A stretch of DNA of 64,000 nt from Macrostomum lignano (taxonomy: Eukaryota). Positions 1 through 11,647 of the stretch are shown one piece after another; the stretch's first letter is position 1, and each line of letters opens with the position of its first letter. The notes beneath the pieces are model-generated. The model ran no database searches, had not been told where the DNA came from, and was given only the letters and a program-made list of their open reading frames with translations. The stretch spans positions 1-64,000 of the forward strand of contig NIVC01002427.1 in assembly GCA_002269645.1 (NCBI GenBank). The letters are read 5' to 3'. The position numbers and the translations under genes were made by a program.

Positions 1-139
1 TCAGTAGAATCTGTCTAGTTCAATTTTGTTATGTCATTTATCTCTCTCCCTCGCTGCCTTCTGATTGGCTCTCAGTTCTCGCCTCTTTCCTTGGTTGCGG
101 ACTCCACCCCACCCCCTGTCTTATCTTACACCCCTCCAG

Positions 140-746
140 TATATTTGAATAAATATACCCGTTTAGGCCCTGCGCTTCGCTATCGTTTTTTTCCGAAGCC
201 TCTCCAAGGCCAATCTTTAAAACCGTACCGTTTCTCCGAGAAGACCACTCGAGGATATCGATTCCTTCAAGAATTTATGAAGAAACTTAGTGCGAGGGCC
301 GGTCTAAGCAAGGTCTACAATAATCACTGTATTAGGTAAGTAAATTTCGTTTTCCGATATGGTATATAAATAGTATATAAATAGTATATTTATAAATAAT
401 AGTTTTAACTAGTTCATGTAAAATTACTTTCCTTTGATTCTCCCACAGAGTCACTAGAGTGTGCGATCTAGACGCCGCTGGCCATTCGCTGCAAGACATA
501 ATGCTTATTACCGGTCAGAAATGTGAGAAGACGGTCAAAAGTAATTTAACCAGGTGCCGGGACCACAGTCTGTTCAGGAGTTCCAAGGCAGTGAACTGTG
601 CACTAAGCCGGCATATTCCAAGCACAAGCACAATGCCGTCCAATGAGGCGTCTTTCTCTGCTAATGCGAGCGGCTCTATCAGTTCTACTGTCTGCACGCA
701 AGTGATGACGGATCACCAGTTGCAATGCCACCCCACAATCAATTGA
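140..746 (+). CDS. 3' exons of a Crypton-type tyrosine recombinase (DUF3504-like) gene; 5' part lies outside the window
   Basis: Exon 140-335, intron 336-448 (GTAAGT...CCCACAG), exon 449-746. The spliced product reads ...FLQEFMKKLSARAGLSKVYNNHCIR-VTRVCDLDAAGHSLQDIMLITGQKCEKTVKSNL... This matches the Crypton YR C-terminal pattern MKxxSxxAGLSxxYTNHxxR...LxxAG...IMxxTGHK. Recognised from memory, no HMM run. Confidence 0.7.
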
Positions 747-1899
747 CGAGCCGGTTCCTCGGCCAGTTCATATCGAGGCCTGTACGTCCGAAGCGTGTTT
801 GCATTGACGGAACAACAATTTTATTAACACTGTGTTTGAGTAGGGCGTATCTATCAAATACTAATTCTTCGAGAGAAACTATGGCTTTAGACATTTCCCC
901 CTCATTTTCATATAAGTAGTTGTTGTCTATATTTTTTAAAACCGTATAAATAAAAAATTAATCATCTAATAATTAATTTTGGGTCATCTAAAAACTCGTT
1001 AAACTAATGTTTTTTTCTATGGACAATAGCACGCATCCCGCGTGCGTGTTAATGGGTAGCGAAATGCTTGTCAATGCTATAAATCAGTTTGATTGAAATC
1101 TATATGACTAGTCTATTTTTGTATTGATTTCTTGAATCACATAATCTTAGTTTTTTATTTCTTGAAAAATCAAATCAAGAGAAAAAATTAAATGAAACTA
1201 AACCATTTTTTTATTTAAAAACTAGTTCAGCTTAACAAACTGAATAATAAACTTAATTTTTTAAAGTTAACAAGTATTGCCAAGACATAGCACTTATTGT
1301 TAAATTAGGGTTCAATTTCTATATTTTTGTGTTCAATTCTAATTTATATAATTTAGGCACCAAAAAGCATAGGGACCAAAAAGTGTAGATACTTCTATTT
1401 CTATATAGCTATTACTATTATTCACTTTGGTAACAAGACATTAGCAATTATTGCAATTGGCAGTTATAGCAATTAGACACTTTGGTAGTAGATCTGGGTA
1501 AACTAGTTAACTTTTTATTTGTCAACTGTGTTAACAAGTTTATTATAGTTGTATAGCTCATATAGGGCCCAATTCATATATAGTATAACAAAGTATATAG
1601 AAGTAAAATATACTTATTTTGTTTGTAAACAAAATAAAAACAATAACATTTTAATTTTTTGTATAAATAATTAATTAATTAAATTTTTTTATTGAAATAG
1701 ATTGATTAAAATTGAAACTGATTGATTAGATTGGGATCCCTGTCATTGTGATCCCTTTGTTGTTATCATGTAATCAAAACTATTTAAATTAATACCCAAA
1801 GTATCTTAACATTAAAGTCAATATGAAAACAATAATATATTTCACAACTAGTTAGTTGGCAATGGCACAAAAGTTGCATAGTACTTGTAATTGATATTA

Positions 1900-2950
1900 A
1901 GTTGGATTTGCCAGTTTTGGTAATCTTACTCCATCAGACACAGAAGCAATTAAAAAAAATATTTGGATTTAAGCATTGTAGCAACTGATTGAAAATGTTG
2001 GTACTAAGCCTCAACTGAGTTATTGGCTCAGTGTTGGCTATCTAGAGTCCTCTGCCATATATTCTAGATAGAAATGAGAAAATTGGTAGCCACTTATTTC
2101 CATCTTAAAGTATTTTGCCAATCTAAATGTTTTCAAAAAAAGGAATTAGTTGTAACTAAGTAAAAAAATAAGGAAGTGCAACAAATGTCTCAAATGAGGC
2201 TATGATTGCTCCAATAAGTAAAAATGCTAAAGCAATCAGGCTGTGTAGCCACAAGGACAGTTAAAACTATCAACCTGTTCTAATTTTTGTTTAAGACTAC
2301 TAGACATGGCCTTGTAATAGATGTATTGGCCCAAATGAAATTAGACAACTTGTTGGTTCCAGGTTGAAAATCTACCAAATGGCAGTTATCTGGACTTTTT
2401 CAAATCAAAATCTCGTATAAAAATGCTGAATGTTTGGTGCTAGTTGATGTGGGACCTCAAGAAATGGTAGGAACTGTCTTAGGTTTTGCCAGGGAGCAAG
2501 GAAAGATAAGTGGCTAAACAAACCTATGATGCTCCACATGTATAGCTAGCAATTGTGCAAAAAGTGTTAGCAAAGCATCAAAGGTGCCATCTAAGTAGAA
2601 GTTGATTGCCTCTAGTAGAGCCTACAAATTTTCTTGGTATCTAAATACTAGAATTCAATTAATACCTAGCTTAGAGTCAAAGAATAAAAATGATTGACCC
2701 ATGTGCTCATGAAATTCAGGTGGAATCACTGGGTCTATTAGATTGTTTAGCTAAACAGGCACTTTCGAAGTAGTTTTTTTACATTTTGGATCATTTTCAT
2801 TGATGCCTTTTTTGCAGTGCAACCCTAGCAGCTTTAGGCAGCTTAGCTAACATGATCTGCAATGATATTTGCTAGTAAATGCTAGGTTGAAGCAGCCTTA
2901 GCTTGCATGTTTGTAAAGGTATATAACATCTTCTTATGTTGCAGGGGTAA
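1900..2950 (-). mobile_element. Decayed Mutator/MULE DDE transposase remnant
   Basis: Minus-strand translation gives PVIPPEFHEHMGQSFLFFDS, NFYLDGTFDALLTLFAQLLAIH, *PLIF, DFDLKK and FHLGQ. These are MULE motifs (FLxxDS, DGTF, FxQLxxIH, DFE, CxFHxxQ) broken by stops and frameshifts. Boundaries are approximate. Confidence 0.7.
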
Positions 2951-5536
2951 CTTCTCTATTAAAATTCCCATTGTTGACACCAAGTTGTAATGGGGTGTTT
3001 TCCTTTGTCTTTATAAATTCTACTGTTATGCCACCAATTTGTCACAGGGGATGCTTATATGTCTTAAGTATATTTCTTAGCACTTTGAAATTATAACTGA
3101 ATAACTAACTTGATAACTCCTTTCCAAAGATTTTTAAAGGTCTGAGAATGTGAATGCAAGTTTTTGGGTAAGAACAAAAAAACTGATTTATTTGGGGTGA
3201 AATTTGCTTATATATAGGGTCCTAGGGATGCATTTATAACAAAAAGTAATTATTGCCAATGTTTTATGTAGTAAAACAAAAATAAAATGGTTTTTATTTT
3301 TGCTTAAGTTTAATGTGGCTACTATTTAACTATTTTTTGCATGTAAATCATAGTAAGAACTATACAAAATTATTTATCAATATTATTATGCATACAGAAA
3401 TAGGCAAATATTATGTACACTAAACAATGAGTACAGGCTAGTACATACACTTACGCCAAAATCAAGCCTTTTTAATCAAAAGACAAAAATAACAACCAAT
3501 CAGATAACTTGTAATGTTTACTTATCTAAAGTGTCTAAAAGCTATTTTGAAAATTTGTTCAGTTTTAAACTCTGCTTAATGAAGTTTGGCCATGATAGCA
3601 TGATAGCATGCACTTGACAAGCTGCATTATAATTATTTATGTACTTTTGGATTTCCTAATGAACTAAGAAATATTGATCTATAAGCCAAGATTACCATTT
3701 AGCAAGCTCTTTTATTTGCTTCAAAACTTGGCTTGCTAGAGATTTCCCTTGTAATTGGTATATCTTCTTTTGCGCTTAAACTGGGAAAAGCCATACAAAA
3801 CTGTCAGAAGTAAACTTTGTAATATTTTATCATTCAAAGAAATCTTTGTTAAACTAGATGCTAGATGTTAGACTAGTTGACTGCATAATTTATCTAAATT
3901 TTGTTTTAGAACTTTTATGCATCATAAACCATCAAAGGTAGACTAAAATAGTTTTTTTTTCAAACCACTAAATTGCAAATATTTCAGTATCAAAATTTTT
4001 CACTGATTGACTTTTTGTTAGCTAGCAAACCTTACTATCTTTTGTTATTACTAGTTTAGACAGTTTTGGTTATAATAGTTGCTTTGGTACCTATTACTAA
4101 AATATACCCAAAATATCAAGAAGACAAAGAGCATTCTAGTAAGTATTAGTTTGCTAGCAACCTGTATATTTTAATTTATTAGCAATAGTAGAGAGAATGT
4201 GGTATTAGATTAGTGTTATGTCTGCAGTTGTCAAAGGCAAGTACATATAAGCCTAAAGAGGGCATAATTCTGTAACTAATTGCCACTTGCAAATGTCCAA
4301 CTGGCAAATGTCTGGCTAGCAAACATCAGCAAACATTGTAGACCCAACCAATAGGAATTGAGGTTTTTATATATTATTTTAAGTAGGATCTTATGTTATT
4401 TTGAGAAAAATGGGAGTCTATACAGATGGTATCTTGTATAAATGAGAAAATGCTTGCCAACATTCTTTGACCTGTTTAAAATCTTAAAATTGAGAAAATC
4501 ATCAAACTCTAATTGCAAAAAGCCTACTTTTACTACTTAGGTAACAAGAGTACTAAGTAAGTAACATAATAACTTAAGTTACTCATACAAATTAAATCAA
4601 TAAGAGCAGAGAATTGCACTAGGCTAGGAAGTAGAACAAAAGGGCAATAATATATAGGAAAAAGTTGCAGGCACAAATAACATAATGGGCAGAAAAAGCT
4701 AGAATGATAGCGATGGAGACGAAAATAGTAAGTAGTACACAAAATGGAGACAAATGATTATAGTAAGCCAAGGCAAATTAAAATATAGCACCAAGTTCAA
4801 GTAGATTTCCAATGGGCAATGCTAGACAATCTGGCCATAGGATGAACAATTCGAGATAAACATGCAAAAGCTAATGAGCTCTTATACATAGACACTCACA
4901 AACTAGAGAGGAGGGGCAGGTGGCTGTGGTCTGGGGGCTAAGATCTAGCATTTGCAAGTCAATCACAAAATAGTCTATCAGCACTAACAATTGTAGTTGG
5001 AATATGAAACAAAAGCTATTGGTGGAAAGCATGGCAGCAAAAAAAAAGTGTTAATAGACAATGGCAGTTTAAGCCTGCCATTTTCTGTCTGGCTTGCTAA
5101 AGAAGAGCTAAATGTGGTTCTCAAAAGCCTAAAACAAGTGATTAATATACCATACTCTAGTTGCTAGGTTGCTAATGCTGGCTATAGGAAACACTGCGAA
5201 CTATCATATTTATTTCAAGCTTGCGATAAATTTAATAACTAGTATAAAGTACTTTTAAAAAGTTATAGTAACAATAGTGTAAGATGTATAGGCCCTATGT
5301 GTTGCTAAAATTATGCATTTGTGTTGGCTATTTTAATTTACAATATTGCTGATTTTACTCATTTTAAGTATAGTAGCTAACCTGCAATCTAGTTCCCCCA
5401 TTCGGGGCGCCCAATAAGCAAGGAGCAAAAATTATTCATGCAAATCTATTCAAAAAAGCTTTAAAAACTTGTTATGTTACATCATTGCATGCCTTGTCTG
5501 TCTATCTGACACTTAATTAGAGGCATACGCGGCAGT

Positions 5537-6913
5537 ATGTTTTCTGAAATGGAGCTAGACTATAGCTGGGCATCTTCCGTTGACACTCAGTTCAATGCAG
5601 CACCATTGCCTAGGCTAGAAATGATGCTAGCTAGTCCTGCCAGCAAAGGCAGCAGCACTCGAGGTGGCCATCGTGGAGGTCGCGGTAGTAAAACTTCCAC
5701 TGTCACCCCTAGAAGCTTGAATTATAGTGCAGCTTTGTCAACACCGTCACCTTCGCCTGTTGTGTACAGCGCCCTGACGTCACGTTTAGAGTTTGAGTCA
5801 CCGGAGCAATCAGCTAATAGTGGTGTCAATGGTAGCTACTGGTTCACCAAAAGTTCCGGCAGAGGTCGTGGGCGTCGGTTGCATTTTGTTAATTATAGTT
5901 CAGGAACTTGGCGATCAGAGCTAGGCGGCAATATCGCTTTTAATTCAGCTGAAGGCGAGGCTGAGCATGTTGACGAAGACTGTGCCAATATTGACTTGAA
6001 CCAATCAGTGATTGATTTAACCGACAGTGCCGATCAAGAATTGTGTAGCGCTGCTATTAGTCCGGATTGCCAATTAGTTAAAGAAACTGCTGCAGAGAGT
6101 AGCTGCGCACCACTTCAACAGCAGGAGTATTACATCATTGGACAATTTCCCGTACTGTTGGTATCTTGCGAGCAGGCAGGATTCTTAACTACTAACGAAC
6201 AGTCCTCCAGTTGTTCAATGCTGAATCTGCAGTCGGTGACTTATCAGCAGCCTAGCTATAATTCTGGCGCTGCTAGTCAGCCGGGCCGTCATCATCCTCA
6301 TCAGCAATCTAATTTTGTTTGCACAGACGATTGGAAACCAGATTTCAATACTAACGCTAATCGATCGTCTGAAATACTACTGGTTAAGCCATCGCCACAG
6401 CCGTCTCAGCAGCAGCAGGAGGAGCAGGCTCAGCAGTACCTGAAACAATGCCAGATAGATGCCCGCCTCGATTCGGGTTACGGCACCAGTCAAAGTTCCA
6501 GTTTAGTGGCTGGCTACTATGGATCTGAACAGTTGAGCCAGCAGCAAGTATTCTTTAACGAACAGTCAATGTTTTTGACTGGCGAACAACAGGCTGATAG
6601 GCGACAGGTGTGGTTGCCGAATCAGCAACTAACTAATGCTGAAACAATTATTCAACCTTCAGCCGAGATTGAGCCGCAGTATCCCACCTGCCAGCAGGGT
6701 GAGGCGGCAGACTTTTCCTTAGTCGAATTGAGCGTCTGCCAACCGAGCAGCGAATACGATAATTTAAACTCTTCAGCTGGTGCCTCCTCTCTTGGCAGTG
6801 TGCCAGCTATTTTGGGCGACTCCTTTTTCGATAATAATAATAACATTGGTGGTGATAAATCGCAATTCTTCGGCCTCTCCGCTGGCGCCAGTTTTGAATT
6901 AGCCGATTTATAA
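5537..6913 (+). CDS. Intronless 458-aa S/Q-rich low-complexity protein of unknown function
   Basis: 1377-bp non-repetitive ORF, richer in GC and CpG than its AT-rich flanks, with an ATG start. No domain recognised. Confidence 0.6.
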   Translation: MFSEMELDYSWASSVDTQFNAAPLPRLEMMLASPASKGSSTRGGHRGGRGSKTSTVTPRSLNYSAALSTPSPSPVVYSALTSRLEFESPEQSANSGVNGSYWFTKSSGRGRGRRLHFVNYSSGTWRSELGGNIAFNSAEGEAEHVDEDCANIDLNQSVIDLTDSADQELCSAAISPDCQLVKETAAESSCAPLQQQEYYIIGQFPVLLVSCEQAGFLTTNEQSSSCSMLNLQSVTYQQPSYNSGAASQPGRHHPHQQSNFVCTDDWKPDFNTNANRSSEILLVKPSPQPSQQQQEEQAQQYLKQCQIDARLDSGYGTSQSSSLVAGYYGSEQLSQQQVFFNEQSMFLTGEQQADRRQVWLPNQQLTNAETIIQPSAEIEPQYPTCQQGEAADFSLVELSVCQPSSEYDNLNSSAGASSLGSVPAILGDSFFDNNNNIGGDKSQFFGLSAGASFELADL

Positions 6914-7029
6914 TCTATGATCAACTGGCAATGAAGTCGGATTGGGTTACAAACATGTCAATAACGGGATGCCTTATAAAGCGCGCACGACATATGCTCA
7001 TAAAAATTTAAAATCTATTGTCAGTGCTT

Positions 7030-7325
7030 TTGATACACACTGGCACAACACAAGCGTGCAAGTTTGATTGGCACACACTGACACAAGCGTGCAAGTTTGA
7101 TTGATACACACTGACACAAGCGTGCAAGTTTGATTTATACACACTGACACAAGCGTGCAAGTTTGATTGATACACACTGACACAAGCGTGCAAGTTTGAT
7201 TGATACGCACTGACACAAGCGTGCAAGTTTGATTGATACACACTGACACAAGCGTGCAAGTTTGATTGATACACACTGACACAAGCGTGCAAGTTTGATT
7301 GATACACACTGACACAAGCGTGCAA
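7030..7325. repeat. 33-bp minisatellite (TGACACAAGCGTGCAAGTTTGATTGATACACAC), about 9 copies
   Basis: Direct tandem units visible; accounts for ORFs 6998-7325. Confidence 0.95.
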
Positions 7326-7983
7326 TAAGGAGTTAAAAAAATTGCCTAAGCGCTTAAGTCACTGTGCAGATTTGCAAAATTATCAAAAAATACACGTACA
7401 TACGCGTGCTAATTCAGCCCTTGACCAAGGACTCCATAAGGAAACTTTCTGTTGCTAGTTTTATAGTAATCTGTAATAATATTGTAGTCGATTTATTGTT
7501 GATTTAATCATGCATAACAGGTTTAAAAGTGCATTTTGAAGAATCTTTTTTATTAATAGCACTACATTCTAAAGTTTTGAACTTTCTACACTTGAATAAT
7601 ATCTATACTTGCCTTATTGCATTAAAAGCGTAGCGCATTCAAGTTTATCTGAATGCTATAAGTAGTATTTATAGCGCTTTAATAAGTACAAACACAATTT
7701 TTGTTATTTAAACTTATTTTTGTTTTTGAAAAAAAGCAGAATCGTGCGCTGATTGTCTTCATTTTGCCTTCATTCAAGCTCCAGTTTTTCCATTCTATTA
7801 ACCATATCATTGCTGCTTTAAATTTTTAACAAAAATTCTAAATTTCTTTCTTTTGCCATTGTTCTGACAGTTGTTTTGTCTTCCACATTGAATTTTTTGT
7901 CCGTTTGTGCTTATTTTTTAATATGAAAACATTCTTAAAATACATTAATTTTTTTCGCACCATGGTTTTTTTGCTGTTGTACC

Positions 7984-7994
7984 GCCGGAAGTGA
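7984..7994 (+). promoter_or_regulatory. ETS/GABP-like motif CCGGAAGTG upstream of CCDC51
   Basis: Consensus match in a CpG-containing patch about 730 bp upstream of the CCDC51 ATG; motif match only. Confidence 0.25.
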
Positions 7995-8162
7995 AATGGT
8001 TTGCGCGTTTAGTGGTGGCATTTAGTAGTATCTTTTCAAATAAAATCTACCCAAATTTTTTCTTCTGTCTTTGTTTTGTGTTAAATATATTTGTCTCTGT
8101 TATTTACGCTTTTTAACTATCCCTTTGAAATAAAGAAAACTATAGTGTATTAAAAACACCCC

Positions 8163-8580
8163 CCTATGTTAAAGGACACCCAGTGTGATAGTGGACACCT
8201 CAGTGTGATAGTGGACACCCCAGTGTGATAGTAGACACCCCAGTGTGATAGAGGACACCTCAGTGTGATAGTGGACACCCCAGTGTGATAGTAGACACCC
8301 CAGTGTGATAGAGGACATCTCAATGAGATAGTGGACAGCCCAGAAGACACCCCAGTATGATAGAGGACACCCCAGTGGGCCCAGTGGGATAGTGGACAGA
8401 CCAGAGGACACCCCAGTGGGATAGTGGACAGCCCAGAGGACACCCCAGTGGGATAGTGGACAGCCCAGAAGACACCCCAGTGTGATAGAGGACAGCTTAG
8501 TGTGATAGAAGATACCCCAGTGGGATATTGGAGACCCCAGTGTGATAGAAAACACCCCAGTGTGCTTGAGGACACCTGAG
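8163..8580. repeat. About 20-bp minisatellite (GACACCCCAGTGTGATAGTG variants)
   Basis: Tandem units directly upstream of CCDC51. Confidence 0.9.
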
Positions 8581-8713
8581 TCTGTCAGAGGCCGTCTGTA
8601 TGTGCTATCATTTGTATGATTATGAGTTTTATATAGAGTTTTTGACTTTTTTCTACTTTCTACTGGCAGTAGTGCTGTGGCGTATTACTTCATTATATTA
8701 ATATTTATTTTGC

Positions 8714-10502
8714 ATGGCACCCTACAGTCTTTCTTCTGTCTGTGCTATTCAATCAGTTCGATTGAATCGAGGTCTGTTAAAATTCGGCAGACTTGATAAT
8801 CATTACTGTTATTATCGGCGCCATCACGTGACTTACTATTCTTCATCGGCAAGTTCCATAGAAACGCAGCAGCAGAAGGAGCCAGTTGAGCAGCAGCAAC
8901 AAACTAATGTCATTTCTTCCGCCCTGCTGAGATACTTCAATTCCCTGGCTAGCTGGTACGAATCACTAATTGGTTTAGACGATGTTCGTAGAGCTCAACA
9001 AGCTGTGCTCAATGCCGAGGAGAAATTCTTAGACTCTCAACAGCACAGGCGGACCCTGCAACAGCAACAGCAGGCGCTAAGCATGGAACGCGACAGGCTT
9101 GAATTAGAGATGGACAAATATCAGAAAGGAGAAGATAAATATTTGCAATTGATTTTGCGAGAGCACGATTTAATTAAATCTGAGCAGAGTCTCACTCAGC
9201 GAGTTCAGGTATTTGCTAGCTTTAATTGTTTGATTTATATATACTATTTTGTGGTTCATATATTTTTTACTCTAGCTGTTAGACTCGTATACTTTGTCTG
9301 TTAGACTCGTGTACTTTAGCTGCTACTGCTAGCCTCGTACTTTAGCTGCAAGACTTGTACTTTAGTTGATAACCTCATGTACTTTAGCTAATAATTTCAT
9401 GTACTTTAGCTGCTAGACTCGTGCATTTTAACTGCTATACTCATGTACTTTAGCTGCTAGACTCAGTACTTAAGCTGCTAACCTCGTGTACTTTAACTGC
9501 TAATCTCATGTACTTTGGCTGCTAGACTTGTACTTTATTGGATTTCCTTATGTACTTTAGCTACTAATTTCATGTACTTTAGCTGCTAACCTCGTGTACT
9601 TTAGCTGCTAGACTCTACTTTGGCTGCAAGACTCAGTACTTTGGCTGCCAGACTCATTTACTTTAGCTGCTAGACTCCAGTACTTTGGCTGCTAACCTCA
9701 TGTACTTTAGCTGCTAACCTCGTACTTTAGCTGCTAATCTCATGCACTTTAGCTGCTAACCTCGTACTTTAGCTGCTAACCTCATGTACTTTAGCTGCTA
9801 ACCTCGTACTTTAGCTGCTAACCTCATGTACTTTAGCTGCTAACCTCATGTACTTTAGCTGCTAACCTCATGTACTTTAGCTGCTAACCTCATGTACTTT
9901 AGCTGCTAACCTCATGTACTTTAGCTGCTAACCTCATGTACTTTAGCTGCTAACCTCATGTACTTTAGCTGCTAACCTCACGTACTTTAGCTGCTAACCT
10001 CATGCACTTCAACGCCCGACAGGCTGCCGAGCACGAGGAGCGCAAGAAGTTTAGCCAGCTGTCAGCTGCATTCCGCGCCAGCCACGAGCAGGAGCGAGCC
10101 CACAGCGACCGGACCAAGTACTGGACACTGATCGGCTCGGTTGCCGGGACGTTGCTAGGGGTTGGTGCAGCTTCTCTGCATCGCTGGCTGCGACTCCGCG
10201 AAGCAAAAGAAAATCAGAAACTAGCAGAGGCGTTGCGAGGACAAGCCGATCAGCTTAACAACCTGTTGGCGTCGTTAGCAACCGCTGCAAATGCTAATTC
10301 TACTGTTGCTAGGACAGATAGCAACAGTACTGAGGCATCGCTATTAGATAGTCCTACTGTTGATGAGGCAGCAAAGCAGCTGGAACTGGAACGGTTAATC
10401 GATATTGGAATGAAAAGAACAGCAGTTCTAGCGGCCAGTGCCGCCGCTTTGGGCTGTTTTGCAGCCTACTTGACTGTTAAATTATTCGGCTCATTGTCCT
10501 GA
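8714..10502 (+). CDS. CCDC51: CCDC51 / MITOK mitochondrial K+ channel subunit homolog, 2 exons
   Basis: Exons 8714-9208 and 10023-10502, phase 0. WYESLIGLDDVRRAQQAVLNAEEKF...KYLQLILREH and EERKKFSQLSAAFRASHEQERAHSDRTKYWTLIGSVAGTLLGV match CCDC51. The N-terminus resembles a mitochondrial targeting sequence, and there are two hydrophobic segments. Confidence 0.9.
9270..10010. repeat. About 22-bp minisatellite (TACTTTAGCTGCTAACCTCATG) in the CCDC51 intron
   Basis: Tandem units run to within about 12 nt of the acceptor. Confidence 0.95.
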
Positions 10503-10532
10503 TTTGCTTTGCTATGTTGATGCTGCATTAGA

Positions 10533-11230
10533 CTGATCCTTGCTCAGGCTGATCCTCGCTCAGGCTGGTCCTTGCTCAGGCTGATCCTTGCTCAGGCTGA
10601 TCCTTGCTCAGGCTGATCCTTGCTCAGGCTGATCCTCGCTCAGGCTGATCCTTGCTCAGGCTGATCCTTGCTCAGGCTGATCCTTGCTCAGGCTGATCCT
10701 TGCTCAGGCTGATCCTCGCTCAGGCTGATCCTCGCTCAGTCTGATCCTTGCTCAGGCTGATCCTTGCTTAGTCTGATCCTTGCTCAGGCTGATCCTTGCT
10801 CAGGCTGATCCTTGCTCAGTCTGATCCTTGCTTAGTCTGATCCTTGCTCAGGCTGATCCTCGCTCAGTCTGATCCTTGCTCAGTCTGATCCTTGCTCAGG
10901 CTGATCCTTGCTCAGGCTGATCCTTGCTCAGGCTGATCCTTGCTCAGGCTGATCCTTGCTCAGTCTGATCCTTGCTCAGTCTGATCCTTGCTCAGGCTGA
11001 TCCTTGCTCAGTCTGATCCTTGCTCAGTCTGATCCTTGCTCAGTCTGATCCTTGCTCAGTCTGATCCTTGCTCAGTCTGATCCTTGCTCAGTCTGATCCT
11101 TGCTCAGTCTGATCCTTGCTCAGTCTGATCCTTGCTCAGTCTGATCCTTGCTCAGGCTGATCCTTGCTCAGGCTGATCCTTGCTCAGTCTGATCCTTGCT
11201 CAGTCTGATCCTCGCTCAGGCTGATCCTCG
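10533..11230. repeat. 16-bp minisatellite (CTGATCCTTGCTCAGG/T), about 43 copies, just after the CCDC51 stop
   Basis: Direct tandem units. Confidence 0.95.
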
Positions 11231-11647
11231 TGGGCTGCGGGCATTTAAAACTAAAAAAATATACCCTCCTATAAAACTATAAGAAAAATAATAACAGCTT
11301 TTTAACTGTTAGATTTAGCAGTTTTGGCCATACACAAAATAACGAATAAAATGTTTCACCTATAAGCTTAGAAATTGTAGACAGTCTATGTTTGCCATGC
11401 TGAGATTAACTATATTTGTTATTCTTTGTTAACTATTTTTAAAATGAAATATTACTAACAAATCATCACTGCGAACTGTAGTAGGAAATGCTTATTTAAT
11501 ACAAACCGGCTTTACGTCTGCAGCGAACAGTATTTTGATTTTAAAGCTAACGCCTTTTTATTTTTTCTTTTCATTTCATACACAGAAATAAGCATTGTTG
11601 GATTCTTTAACTATCCAAAAAGTCGCCTATAAGCTTGCACAGTATCA

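Noticed and set aside
1028-1072. Helitron-like 3' hairpin (GCACGCA...TGCGTG); similar motif near 26790
   Set aside because: There is no clear CTRR terminus, 5' TC end or A|T target.
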